Positions 30,797 to 40,338 of a DNA stretch of 64,000 nt are shown one piece after another. Origin of the DNA: Elainellaceae cyanobacterium (lineage in GTDB: Bacteria; Cyanobacteriota; Cyanobacteriia; CAZCXK01); contig JBNPEG010000002.1 in assembly GCA_051117555.1 (NCBI GenBank), positions 1 to 64,000 on the forward strand, in the 5' to 3' direction. A program made the position numbers and the translations under genes. The notes under the pieces are model-generated. The model saw nothing but the letters and a program-made list of their open reading frames with translations. It ran no database searches and was not told where the DNA came from. Every line of letters begins with the position of its first letter. Positions within the stretch are counted from its first letter, which is position 1.

Positions 30797-31900
30797 ATGA
30801 CCTTTATTCTTACATTCTTAGGCAAAGGTGGAACAGGTCGCACGACAACGGCGATCGCGGCTGCCAAACGATTTGCAAGTGAGGGGCAACGAGTTTTACT
30901 AGCGGGTCAAAACCCTGGACCTGACCTGGGCATTGCCCTAGGAACGTCGTTAAGCCCTGATCCTCAAGACATCGGCCCCAACTTTAAAGCGGTTCAGTTT
31001 CAGACAACCGTTCTTTTAGAGCGGAGCTGGGACGAGGTCAAAAAGCTCGAGGCTCAATATCTCAAGACTCCTTTTTTTAAGGAAGTCTTTGGTCAGGAGT
31101 TGGGCATCTTTCCTGGTATGGATAGTGCTTTAGCGCTCAATGCGATTCGAGAGTATGATGCAAGCGATGCCTATGACGTCATTATTTATGATGGCATCGG
31201 AGACTTGACTACGTTGAGAATGTTGGGAATGCCAGAGGTTTTGAGCTGGTATATTCGGCGGTTTCGTCAGGTTTTTCTAAATTCGGATTTGGGTAAAACG
31301 CTTTCTCCATTTGCCCAACCTGTAGCCAGCTCAATCTTAAATGTAAATTGGTCGGGAAATGACTTATTTTCTCAACCGACCGATCAGGCAAACAGTATGC
31401 TCGATCAAGGCAAGGCTGTGGTGGCTGACCCCACTCGAATGGCCGCATATCTGGTAACAACTGACGATGAAGGGGCGATCGCCACGGCTCGTTATCTGTG
31501 GGGCAGTGCTCAACAGGTTGGCCTGACCGTGGGCGGCGTAATTTTCAATCGCTTTTCCGCATCTGACCCCGTCTTAGAGAAATTTACGCCATTGCCAACC
31601 AGCGGGCTACCAGCCTTAGAGGAAAACAATTGGCAGCCTCTCATGGATGCTCTGCCAAACTTTAGAGAAGCCATTCAGGCACCCCGCCCCATAACAGTCA
31701 ATACTACTGAGCGCACGGTTCGATTATTCTTGCCAGGGTTTAACAAGCAGGATGTGAAATTGACTCAGTATGGCCCAGAGGTGACGGTAGAAGCAGGGGA
31801 TCAGCGTCGCAACATCTTTTTGCAGCCTCAGCTCCAAGGGAAGCCTGTCGCAGGAGCGAAGTTCCAGGATGGCTATCTCATTATTTCGTTCGGCGCGTAG
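30797..31900 (+). CDS. ArsA/Get3-family ATPase with C-terminal alpha-crystallin-like domain
   Basis: GKGGTGRTT, PGMDSALAL, C-terminal LPGF...QYGPEVTVEAGDQRRNI. Confidence 0.88.
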   Translation: MTFILTFLGKGGTGRTTTAIAAAKRFASEGQRVLLAGQNPGPDLGIALGTSLSPDPQDIGPNFKAVQFQTTVLLERSWDEVKKLEAQYLKTPFFKEVFGQELGIFPGMDSALALNAIREYDASDAYDVIIYDGIGDLTTLRMLGMPEVLSWYIRRFRQVFLNSDLGKTLSPFAQPVASSILNVNWSGNDLFSQPTDQANSMLDQGKAVVADPTRMAAYLVTTDDEGAIATARYLWGSAQQVGLTVGGVIFNRFSASDPVLEKFTPLPTSGLPALEENNWQPLMDALPNFREAIQAPRPITVNTTERTVRLFLPGFNKQDVKLTQYGPEVTVEAGDQRRNIFLQPQLQGKPVAGAKFQDGYLIISFGA

Positions 31901-32176
31901 CCAATAGTCATGATTGGATAATATGCGCATTGGGTAGCGAATACCACACTCTCAGCAGTTAGCGCCCGTAATACGAGACGCTCAATACATCGCATGGATC
32001 GAGGCAACACTAGAAATTTGATCTGTCAACGTTTAGAACTTCTTCGAGTAGTTGGATAAGATTAACCCAAGTGCTTTATTGAGACGTTCTTTATTTTCGT
32101 AAGAACTATCTGGCGATCTCGATAGAGTCTTGATCCGGTCACCCGTTCCAAAACTTGGTTTCACTCGAAATCCACT

Positions 32177-33241
32177 ATGGCTGATTTTCCCAAATCTTCA
32201 ACGAATCCTGCCCAGCAGTCTCCTGACGTTAATCCACCCGATGCGGATGGGCAGGACTTTCAGAATAGCTCGGCTACCGAGTCAACCCCGAAACGAGGCG
32301 GTAAAACTCGTCAGCTACTTGGGATGAAAGGTGCTGACTCAGGGGAAACGTCAATTTGGAAGATTCGCCTTCAGTTGATGAAGCCAATTACTTGGATTCC
32401 TCTGATATGGGGAGTCGTGTGTGGTGCAGCATCATCAGGGCAATACACCTGGACTGTTGAAAATATTTTGATTGCGGCAGCATGTATGCTTCTTTCGGGT
32501 CCGTTATTGGCGGGATACACCCAAACTCTAAATGACTTCTACGATCGCGAAATTGATGCCATCAATGAGCCTTATCGCCCCATTCCATCGGGCGCGATAT
32601 CGGTTCCTCAGGTGATTGCTCAAATTCTCACTCTGCTAGTTGCAGGTGTCGGGGTCGCTGCTGGATTAGATTGGTGGGCGGGTCATGAATTTCCAACCAT
32701 TACCGCGATCGCCATCGGTGGATCGTTTCTTTCTTACATTTATTCTGCCCCCCCGTTGAAGCTGAAAAAAAACGGGTGGCTCGGAAATTATGCACTTGGT
32801 GCCAGTTATATTGCGCTGCCGTGGTGGGCTGGACACGCTCTGTTTGGTGACCTAAATTGGACGATTGTCGTATTGACCCTCTTCTACAGCCTCGCGGGGT
32901 TAGGAATCGCGGTAGTCAATGACTTTAAAAGCGTGGAGGGCGATCGCCAGCTTGGGTTGAAATCATTGCCAGTCATGTTTGGAGTCGGCACTGCCGCTTG
33001 GATATGCGTGTTTATGATCGATGTCTTTCAGGTGGGGGTGGCTGCCTATCTCATTAATGTGGGGCAAAATCTGTTTGCTACGGTTTTAATTTTGTTTGTG
33101 GTTCCTCAAATCACCTTTCAAGACATGTATTTTCTTCGTGACCCACTAGAAAACGATGTCAAATATCAGGCGAGTGCTCAGCCATTTTTAGTGTTGGGGA
33201 TGCTGGTGACTGGTTTAGCTCTGGGGCATGCAGGCATCTAA
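32177..33241 (+). CDS. chlG: Chlorophyll synthase
   Basis: KIRLQLMKPITWIPLIWG, NDFYDREIDAINEPYRPIPSG, NDFKSVEGD. Confidence 0.97.
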   Translation: MADFPKSSTNPAQQSPDVNPPDADGQDFQNSSATESTPKRGGKTRQLLGMKGADSGETSIWKIRLQLMKPITWIPLIWGVVCGAASSGQYTWTVENILIAAACMLLSGPLLAGYTQTLNDFYDREIDAINEPYRPIPSGAISVPQVIAQILTLLVAGVGVAAGLDWWAGHEFPTITAIAIGGSFLSYIYSAPPLKLKKNGWLGNYALGASYIALPWWAGHALFGDLNWTIVVLTLFYSLAGLGIAVVNDFKSVEGDRQLGLKSLPVMFGVGTAAWICVFMIDVFQVGVAAYLINVGQNLFATVLILFVVPQITFQDMYFLRDPLENDVKYQASAQPFLVLGMLVTGLALGHAGI

Positions 33242-33481
33242 TTTCTCGTCGTGTGGCAAAATTTGCTCATGTGCTTCAGTATTCTAGGTTGGGAGTCAAA
33301 GGTTATTTGGATTTGACATGTGAGATTGGGGCGATCGCCATTCTGTTATTCAATTGGGAGAGGGGTAAGATTGTATGAACGATTTTTCTCGAAGCCATGA
33401 ATGCGATCTGGCATTACCCGATAAGGTTCCATTCCTGTCGAATCGTCCATCTTAGACCCGCAGGGCAATAGGAAATCTACA

Positions 33482-35908
33482 ATGTCTTCAAAATCGTCAA
33501 TTCAGGCTTTTTTCTCTCGACTGCGAGACTCGTTTAGCCAATCTGAATCAGCCTCCGGTATTTCTCGGAAGCTCGATTCTCCGAAATCCCCAGAGCACCC
33601 TCACTCCAATAATGGAGGCTCCCGAACCGATCCCAATCGCCCTCTAAAATCTCCCAAGCCAATCTATCAGCGCTGGTGGATTTGGATTCTCCTCGGCGTC
33701 GGAGCATCGACTGTTGGCACAGTGGTTACCGTGCGACGCTCCTTAGAGGTCGTAGAGCAAGGCTTGCCAGACGTGAGTGCCGTATTGACGTTTGTTCGTG
33801 ATGGGACCCTCACGCTTGAGGCACAGGATGGCACCATTTTGCAGCAGATTGGGCCAGCAACTCGCGATAAAGTTCAGTTTGAACAAATCCCCCCCCTCTT
33901 CACGGATGCCTTTATCGCGGCTGAGGATAAGAAATTTTATGACCATAATGGCGTCGATCACTCCGCCATTGCTAGAGCCGTTTACAGAAATATTTCAGCG
34001 GGTGAGCTTGTCGAAGGAGGGAGTACCATCACTCAGCAGCTCGCTCGAATCGTTTTTCTCGATCAGGCTCGTACCTTCGAACGCAAGCTTCGCGAGGCAA
34101 TGCTTGCTCAGAAAATTGAGCGAGAGCTTTCAAAAGATACGATTTTAGAGCGGTATCTAAACCTGGTCTATCTGGGTTCGGGAGCCTATGGCATTGCAGA
34201 TGCTGCTTGGATATATTTTTCAAAATCCGTCGATGAACTGTCGCTGTCAGAAATAGCGATGATTGCTGGATTGGCACCTGCTCCGAGTGTCTATTCTCCG
34301 CTGGTCGACTTAGACGCAGCTCGGCAGCGGCGCGACCTAACGCTAGAGCGCATGGCTGATTCTGGATTTATTACGCTTGATGAAAAAAATGCGGCGATCG
34401 CAGCCCCGATTGAGCTAAATCCGAGTTTGCCAAAATATTTTTTGAGCGATACCCCCTACTTCACGTCATATATTCAACAACAACTCACCCGTTTAGTTTC
34501 GCCAGAAGATTTAGAACTGGGCGGGTTAACTATCGAAACCACCTTAAATCTTGAGTGGCAGAAACGCGCAGACGAAACGGTTCGTAAGGCGATCGCAGAA
34601 TATGGCCCCCGCCAAGGATTCAAGCAGGCTGCACTAGTAGCCCTCGATCCTCGAACAGGTGCCATTCAGGCCATGGTGGGGGGTGACGATTTTGATGAAA
34701 GCCAATTCAATCGCGTAACCCAAGCGCAACGCCAACCCGGTTCAACGTTCAAAACATTTGTGTATGCGACCGGAATCGCTGGAGGATTTTCTCCTTATAA
34801 AACCTACGAAGATGCGAAATTTGTCGTAGACGGATACGAACCCGAAAACTATGGCGAACGATACCGGGGGAGTGTGTCTATTCGAGATGCGCTCATTTCT
34901 TCAATGAACGTGGTTGCCGTTAAAGCCCTGATCGATATTGGCTTTGATCCGGTTATTGAAGTCGCTCAGAAAATGGGAATCCAGTCAGAGCTATATCCGA
35001 CCTATTCCCTTGCGTTGGGCGCGTCTGAAGTCAACCTTTTGGAGCTGACGGGCGCCTACGGCACCCTTGCGAATCAAGGCGAACACGTTGAGCCTCACGG
35101 GATTGTGCGCATTCTTAATCGGTATGATGAGGTTATCTACGAAACAAATGCTGTTCCCGAACGGGCAATTGATGCCGATGTAGCAGCCATTATGACGTGG
35201 ATGCTCCAAGGAGTGGTCGACAGTGGCACGGGTAGACGGGCACGGCTCGGGCGATCGGTTGCAGGGAAGACAGGAACCTCGGAAGAACGTCGAGATCTTT
35301 GGTTTATCGGTTACATTCCTCAAGTCGTCACGGGAGTATGGCTAGGCAATGACGACAATGAACCCACCTGGGGAGTTAGCGGCACGGCGGCTCAGACCTG
35401 GCGTGATTTTATGGCGCATGTTGTGCAAGATATGCCCGTTGAAGAGTTTCCCGATTTACCTCGTTTAGATGGGCGTGAAGCAACACTTGAACTCCAGCCA
35501 GTCAAACCTAAGCGAATGAGCGATCGCCCCAGTGGTGAGTCTGACGATGATAATCGATCGAGATCTGAGCCATCTGATAATGATTCCGATGCGACCCAAG
35601 ATTCGGAAGACCGTATCAGGCGCGATCGCGAGTCAACCGATTCTGGAAATCGAAATCGAGGAGACGAAGCCGAGTCATCCCCCCGAACCCGAGACACCCC
35701 AAATCGTGACGGCAATTCCGAATCGGGTGGTGACGCACCCCCTGAATCTCCCGAACCCGTTCAAGAGAGCTCACCGTCCCCCGAACCATCACAACCGGCG
35801 GCTCCTGCAGCAGAAGAACCCGCGCCTCCAGCCGTGCCTGCCATTCCTGTCACCGAGCCTGTCGCGCCAGTTCCATCATCGTCAGAGGAGTCAGATTCGC
35901 CTGAATAA
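33482..35908 (+). CDS. Class A penicillin-binding protein (PBP1A)
   Basis: EDKKFYDHNG, GGSTITQQL, QPGSTFK, SMN, GKTGT; low-complexity tail. Confidence 0.95.
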   Translation: MSSKSSIQAFFSRLRDSFSQSESASGISRKLDSPKSPEHPHSNNGGSRTDPNRPLKSPKPIYQRWWIWILLGVGASTVGTVVTVRRSLEVVEQGLPDVSAVLTFVRDGTLTLEAQDGTILQQIGPATRDKVQFEQIPPLFTDAFIAAEDKKFYDHNGVDHSAIARAVYRNISAGELVEGGSTITQQLARIVFLDQARTFERKLREAMLAQKIERELSKDTILERYLNLVYLGSGAYGIADAAWIYFSKSVDELSLSEIAMIAGLAPAPSVYSPLVDLDAARQRRDLTLERMADSGFITLDEKNAAIAAPIELNPSLPKYFLSDTPYFTSYIQQQLTRLVSPEDLELGGLTIETTLNLEWQKRADETVRKAIAEYGPRQGFKQAALVALDPRTGAIQAMVGGDDFDESQFNRVTQAQRQPGSTFKTFVYATGIAGGFSPYKTYEDAKFVVDGYEPENYGERYRGSVSIRDALISSMNVVAVKALIDIGFDPVIEVAQKMGIQSELYPTYSLALGASEVNLLELTGAYGTLANQGEHVEPHGIVRILNRYDEVIYETNAVPERAIDADVAAIMTWMLQGVVDSGTGRRARLGRSVAGKTGTSEERRDLWFIGYIPQVVTGVWLGNDDNEPTWGVSGTAAQTWRDFMAHVVQDMPVEEFPDLPRLDGREATLELQPVKPKRMSDRPSGESDDDNRSRSEPSDNDSDATQDSEDRIRRDRESTDSGNRNRGDEAESSPRTRDTPNRDGNSESGGDAPPESPEPVQESSPSPEPSQPAAPAAEEPAPPAVPAIPVTEPVAPVPSSSEESDSPE

Positions 35909-35939
35909 CCTCAATCGTTGCTAATCACCCCTTGTCGCT

Positions 35940-36542
35940 ATGGCTTGCCCTTTGTGGCCTTATCAAACCCCTGGTATTCCGGACGAGTTGTTTGAGCGCT
36001 TACCCGGAATCCCGATGAGCAAGCGAGAGATTCGACTATTGCTGATTTCTCACCTGCGACTCAAACCAGACGCTACATTTTGGGACATTGGAGCAGGAAC
36101 CGGAACCATTCCAGTCGAGATTGGGTTGCTCTGCCCCCATAGTCAAATTATGGCGGTGGAGAGAGACGAAGACGTTGCAGCACTGATTCGGCGAAACTGC
36201 GATCGCTTTGGCGTCCAAAACGTAACCGTCATCGAAGGGAGTGCTCCAGAGTGTTTGAGAACATTAGGTGACTTACCGGATTGCATTTGTATCGAAGGTG
36301 GACGAGCCATTAAAGTCATTCTCAAAGAAGCATGGCATTATCTCCGACCTGAAGGACGAATTGTTGCAACTGCCGCTAATTTAGAAGCGCTCTATACTCT
36401 CTCAGAAGGCTTAGCGGAATTACAAGCCCGAAATATTGAAGTCGTGCAATCGGCAATCAACCGCCTAGAAACCCGTGGCAATCATCAAATCTTTGCAGCC
36501 GTTGATCCAATTTTTGTGATCAGTGGAGAAAAAATGGACTAG
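35940..36542 (+). CDS. cbiT: Precorrin-6Y C5,15-methyltransferase subunit CbiT
   Basis: GIPDELF...PMSKREIR, WDIGAGTGTI. Confidence 0.92.
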   Translation: MACPLWPYQTPGIPDELFERLPGIPMSKREIRLLLISHLRLKPDATFWDIGAGTGTIPVEIGLLCPHSQIMAVERDEDVAALIRRNCDRFGVQNVTVIEGSAPECLRTLGDLPDCICIEGGRAIKVILKEAWHYLRPEGRIVATAANLEALYTLSEGLAELQARNIEVVQSAINRLETRGNHQIFAAVDPIFVISGEKMD

Positions 36543-36931
36543 CTCTATCTTAACGATCGTTAATACTTAGGATCACCATTGAGGAGATCTCAATTCCCAA
36601 GAACATTTTCTAAATGTTTTGGAAACCTAAAGCGATTATTATCTCTCAATTAAGATATAGAGATGCTGCTTAACCTAAGATTAATTTCATAGTCTACTCG
36701 GTTTTAGACCCCTTGAATTTCGCCGTTTCGATCTTTCCAATTTATCTGAGTTCACCCCTCATGGATAGAGGTACCTGATGGATTTGAGTAAGGTAAAGAT
36801 ACTGGCTATTTTCTGACGATTAAATTTGAACCCTGGCTTAACTCTCACTCATCTCAGATCGCCTCGCTGACTTCATCAATCGATAAACCTACGAACAGGG
36901 CGATCGCCATCTTCATCCACCGTGTTGTCAT

Positions 36932-37801
36932 ATGCCGTTACCTCGCATTCTCAGCGCTATTGTCGCCATAGTCCTAGCTTTAGGAATGATTGTGCTCGGA
37001 GGGTGGTATTTCACCCTCTTCTTTGGCGTCATTGTTTATCTAGGACAGCTAGAAATATTTCAGCTCGCTCGTGCCAAAGGAATTGCTCCTGCTGCAAAGA
37101 CAACCTTAGCGGCTAGTCAGGCAATTCTTATTGTTTCAACCGCATCGGCTGGTCTTGCAGACGCCGTCTTTCCCATTGCTGGAATCTTCATCTGCTTCTA
37201 TCTCTTGTTTCAACCCAAATTTGCCACGATCGCAGATATTTCAGTATCAATTTTGGGGCTGTTTTATGGCGGATATTTGCCGAGCTATTGGGTGCGTTTA
37301 CGGGCGATTGGCAATACTGACGTGAGTAATCTCCCCTTGTGGGGGTATATGCCATCGGCTTCCACAACACTTGACACCTTGCCAGATGGATTAACTGTAA
37401 CCCTGCTAGCCTTTGGTTCAATTTGGGCGGCGGATATTGGAGCCTATGTTTTTGGTAAATTTTTTGGGCGAACTCGTCTGTCTGAAATTAGCCCTAAAAA
37501 AACAGTCGAGGGTGCTGTTTTTGGAGTGTTGGCAAGCGCTGGGGTGGCAGTGATAGGAGCTTGGTATCTAAACTGGCCCGGATGGCCTCTATCGGGTATG
37601 GCACTTGGATTATTGATTGGAATTGCAAGTTTGCTAGGCGATCTCACCGAGTCTATGATGAAACGAGACGCTGGGGTAAAGGACTCTGGGACAATCATTC
37701 CGGGGCATGGGGGTATCCTCGATCGCACCGATAGCTATGTATTTACAGCGCCACTGGTCTATTATTTCATCACGCTATTTCTACCGTTGCTGGAGAGATA
37801 G
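36932..37801 (+). CDS. cdsA: Phosphatidate cytidylyltransferase
   Basis: ISPKKTVEG, GDLTESMMKRDAGVKDSG, PGHGGILDRTDS. Confidence 0.96.
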   Translation: MPLPRILSAIVAIVLALGMIVLGGWYFTLFFGVIVYLGQLEIFQLARAKGIAPAAKTTLAASQAILIVSTASAGLADAVFPIAGIFICFYLLFQPKFATIADISVSILGLFYGGYLPSYWVRLRAIGNTDVSNLPLWGYMPSASTTLDTLPDGLTVTLLAFGSIWAADIGAYVFGKFFGRTRLSEISPKKTVEGAVFGVLASAGVAVIGAWYLNWPGWPLSGMALGLLIGIASLLGDLTESMMKRDAGVKDSGTIIPGHGGILDRTDSYVFTAPLVYYFITLFLPLLER

Positions 37802-37986
37802 GGATGCTGAGTGGAGTGATGAAACGATTCCCACATCTCAAGAGGCGATCGCCAGAGATATCTAGATCCCCGCTTCTGATACCAGCACCTGATAATGTGC
37901 CAATACGTTTATCAAGAAGCCGGGGATCTGGTTGTTCACACTCAATACACTTAGACTAGGTGTAGATTTTTCCAAAAAGAATTTCC

Positions 37987-38412
37987 ATGTCAAATGCCTC
38001 CGATGTCTCGCTTTCTCTAGCGCTCGAAGACCCGGAACTCGACCGCGACGAACTCGAAACACTGACCCAAAGCCTTCGTCAGCAGCTTAGCGGCATTACC
38101 GAAGATATCGAGCGCGTCCCTGCAAAACGCCTCACTCCAGATGGCGTAGTCGAGAAGGGGGAAGGGAATGAGCCGGGTCTGCTGCAAATGGAGGTTAATT
38201 TAGAAAACATCCAAAAGCTAGCAAGTTGGCTCTATCAACGCCTTGCCGGACGCTCGACCAAAGCGCGTGTAAAATACGGAGAAGGCAGCACCGCCATTGA
38301 ATTTGAATTTGAAGGCAACAGCCAAAAAGAGTTGGCTGCGACGATGCAAGACGTTACAGAGTTTGTCGAAAAGATTGCTCAAATTCAGCAGTCTCAGCAG
38401 TCTCAGCAGTAG
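37987..38412 (+). CDS. EACC1-like (effector-associated constant component) small protein
   Basis: DPELDRDELETLTQSLRQQL...KG...LASWLYQRL pattern; 9 nt upstream of a caspase gene. Confidence 0.65.
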   Translation: MSNASDVSLSLALEDPELDRDELETLTQSLRQQLSGITEDIERVPAKRLTPDGVVEKGEGNEPGLLQMEVNLENIQKLASWLYQRLAGRSTKARVKYGEGSTAIEFEFEGNSQKELAATMQDVTEFVEKIAQIQQSQQSQQ

Positions 38413-38421
38413 GTTTGGGCG

Positions 38422-40296
38422 ATGTCGGGTCAGCGAGTTGCACTGTTAGTCGGCGTCAGTGAATATGGGGAGGGCTATGATGCTCTCCCTGGCACTGTGA
38501 CTGACCTGGAACGGATGCAGCACGTGTTGAAAAATCCAGACATGGGCGGGTTTGATGTTGAGACACTACTGAATCCCAACCCTCAGCCGTTGCGAGAGGC
38601 GATCGAGCGCTTCTTTGGTGGGCGCAAAAAAGAGGATGTGCTGCTGTTTTATTTTTCGGGGCATGGTTCACTTGATAACGCCACGAGTAGTCAGCTTTAT
38701 TTATCGACTCATCAAACCCGCAAAGAGTCAAAACGACTGGTTGAATCAAGCGCAGTAGAGGCTGCATTGCTGCATCGACATCTTGTGCATAGCAAGTCGC
38801 AGAAGAAGATTGTGATTCTCGATTGCTGCTTTAGCGGGGCAGTTGCTAACTTGCTGTCAAAGGGAGATGACCCAGTTAATTTACAGCAACTCGAAGCTCA
38901 GGGCACCGTGCTATTAGCCTCGTGCAATGCCTTTGAGGTGTCCTATCAAACCAAGGGAGCCGCTGCCGAGGTAGATATTGCCCAATCGCTCTACACGCGC
39001 TATCTGGTGGAAGGCATCGAAACCGGAGCCGCACGACAGGGTAAACATGAATGGATTTTTACGCAAGATTTGCATGAGTATGCCAAACGTCGCTTTCAAA
39101 CTGAGCTAGCTGCCGCCACCGAACCGCAGATTATTGTCTTTGAGAAGGAAGGCTACCGCATCCCGATTGCTAGAGCACCCAAGGGTGACCCCAAGGTGGA
39201 ATATCGGCAGATTGTGGCAGAGGTGCTGAAGGAAAATGATGGGGAGATTAACAACCTCAATCGCGTTCGTCTTGATATCGAGCGCGAAGCACTAGAACTC
39301 TCTCTTGAAGATGCACAGCAGATTATAGTAGAGCAGCAGAAGCCCTATGAAATCCGCAGACAGAAGCGAGCACGTTATGCTGAAGCTTTTAAAGCAGCAT
39401 TGACTCAAGGATATCCGCTCACTAAAAATTCCCGGCGAACGCTGAAGCTAATTCAACTAAGGTTGAGTCTACGCGACGAAGATATTAGTTCAATTGAGCA
39501 TCAGCTAGCTCAAAATATTAAGTCGGCCAGTACAAAAGTACAAACTGCACCCAAACCTACACCGCCTCCTACGCCAGATACTTCTAAAGTGCCTGGAACC
39601 ATCAATCCACTATCGGCGCGAACCGTCGCGCCGACTCCAGCAACACAGGCAACCAGACATATACCTCAAACCCGCTCTCAAAGAAGGAGTTCTGAACAAC
39701 CGGGCAATCCTTCTCCAACATCCTTATCCCGACGACAAGTTCTAATATTGCTGGGTTTTGGCGGGGTGGGACTGCTTGGCACAATTGGCATCAGTCAATT
39801 ATCTAACGAGAATTTGCCATCACTTGCTGTAGATTACTCAAAACTGGAAGAATTCCTTCAAGCTCAAAACTGGAAAGAAGCAGACCAGGAAACTCTAAAC
39901 GTAATGCTCAAAGTCGCAAATCGAGAAGAAGAAGGCTGGCTAGACTCTGAGAGCTTGGAAAACTTCCCTTGTGACACTTTGCAGAGGATTGACCAACTGT
40001 GGGTAAATGCAAGCGACGGCAAGTTTGGCTTTAGTGTGCAAAAGCAAATCTGGCAAGACGTTGGCAGTCCGACAGTATACAATGATGCCTGGGAAGAGTT
40101 TGGCGATCGCGTGGGCTGGCGAGTGAATGGAAGATGGATTGATTATCCTGATAACGTAACTTTTGACACATCAGCTCCTGGAGGACACCTCCCTATGGAT
40201 CTCTTTTTGGGGTGCGGGTCCGGGGGGGTGCGGTCGGGTGCTGGTGGCCCGTGGCTCTCTTCTCTCGCGTCCAGATTTGTAAAGTGTAAGCTGTAG
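38422..40296 (+). CDS. Caspase-like (C14) protease - helical linker - TM - GUN4 domain fusion
   Basis: VALLVGVSEY, FYFSGHG and ILDCCFSG catalytic dyad; TM LILLGFGGVGLLGTIGI; GUN4 motifs DYSKLEEFLQAQNWKEADQET, FPCDTLQRIDQLWVNASDGKFGFSVQKQIW, FGDRVGWR, GHLP. Confidence 0.9.
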   Translation: MSGQRVALLVGVSEYGEGYDALPGTVTDLERMQHVLKNPDMGGFDVETLLNPNPQPLREAIERFFGGRKKEDVLLFYFSGHGSLDNATSSQLYLSTHQTRKESKRLVESSAVEAALLHRHLVHSKSQKKIVILDCCFSGAVANLLSKGDDPVNLQQLEAQGTVLLASCNAFEVSYQTKGAAAEVDIAQSLYTRYLVEGIETGAARQGKHEWIFTQDLHEYAKRRFQTELAAATEPQIIVFEKEGYRIPIARAPKGDPKVEYRQIVAEVLKENDGEINNLNRVRLDIEREALELSLEDAQQIIVEQQKPYEIRRQKRARYAEAFKAALTQGYPLTKNSRRTLKLIQLRLSLRDEDISSIEHQLAQNIKSASTKVQTAPKPTPPPTPDTSKVPGTINPLSARTVAPTPATQATRHIPQTRSQRRSSEQPGNPSPTSLSRRQVLILLGFGGVGLLGTIGISQLSNENLPSLAVDYSKLEEFLQAQNWKEADQETLNVMLKVANREEEGWLDSESLENFPCDTLQRIDQLWVNASDGKFGFSVQKQIWQDVGSPTVYNDAWEEFGDRVGWRVNGRWIDYPDNVTFDTSAPGGHLPMDLFLGCGSGGVRSGAGGPWLSSLASRFVKCKL

Positions 40297-40334
40297 AGCT
40301 TTCAGATTTTCCAAAAGTTTTGTTTCAAAGCTCT
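40295..40334. other. Inverted repeat between the convergent GUN4 and HUH genes
   Basis: AGAGCTTT (40295-40302) / AAAGCTCT (40327-40334), extendable with mismatches. Confidence 0.6.
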
Positions 40335-40338
40335 CACC

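Noticed and set aside
40183..40334. Complete canonical DGR
   Set aside because: No reverse transcriptase, Avd or template repeat was seen in the window; only a VR-like composition signal.
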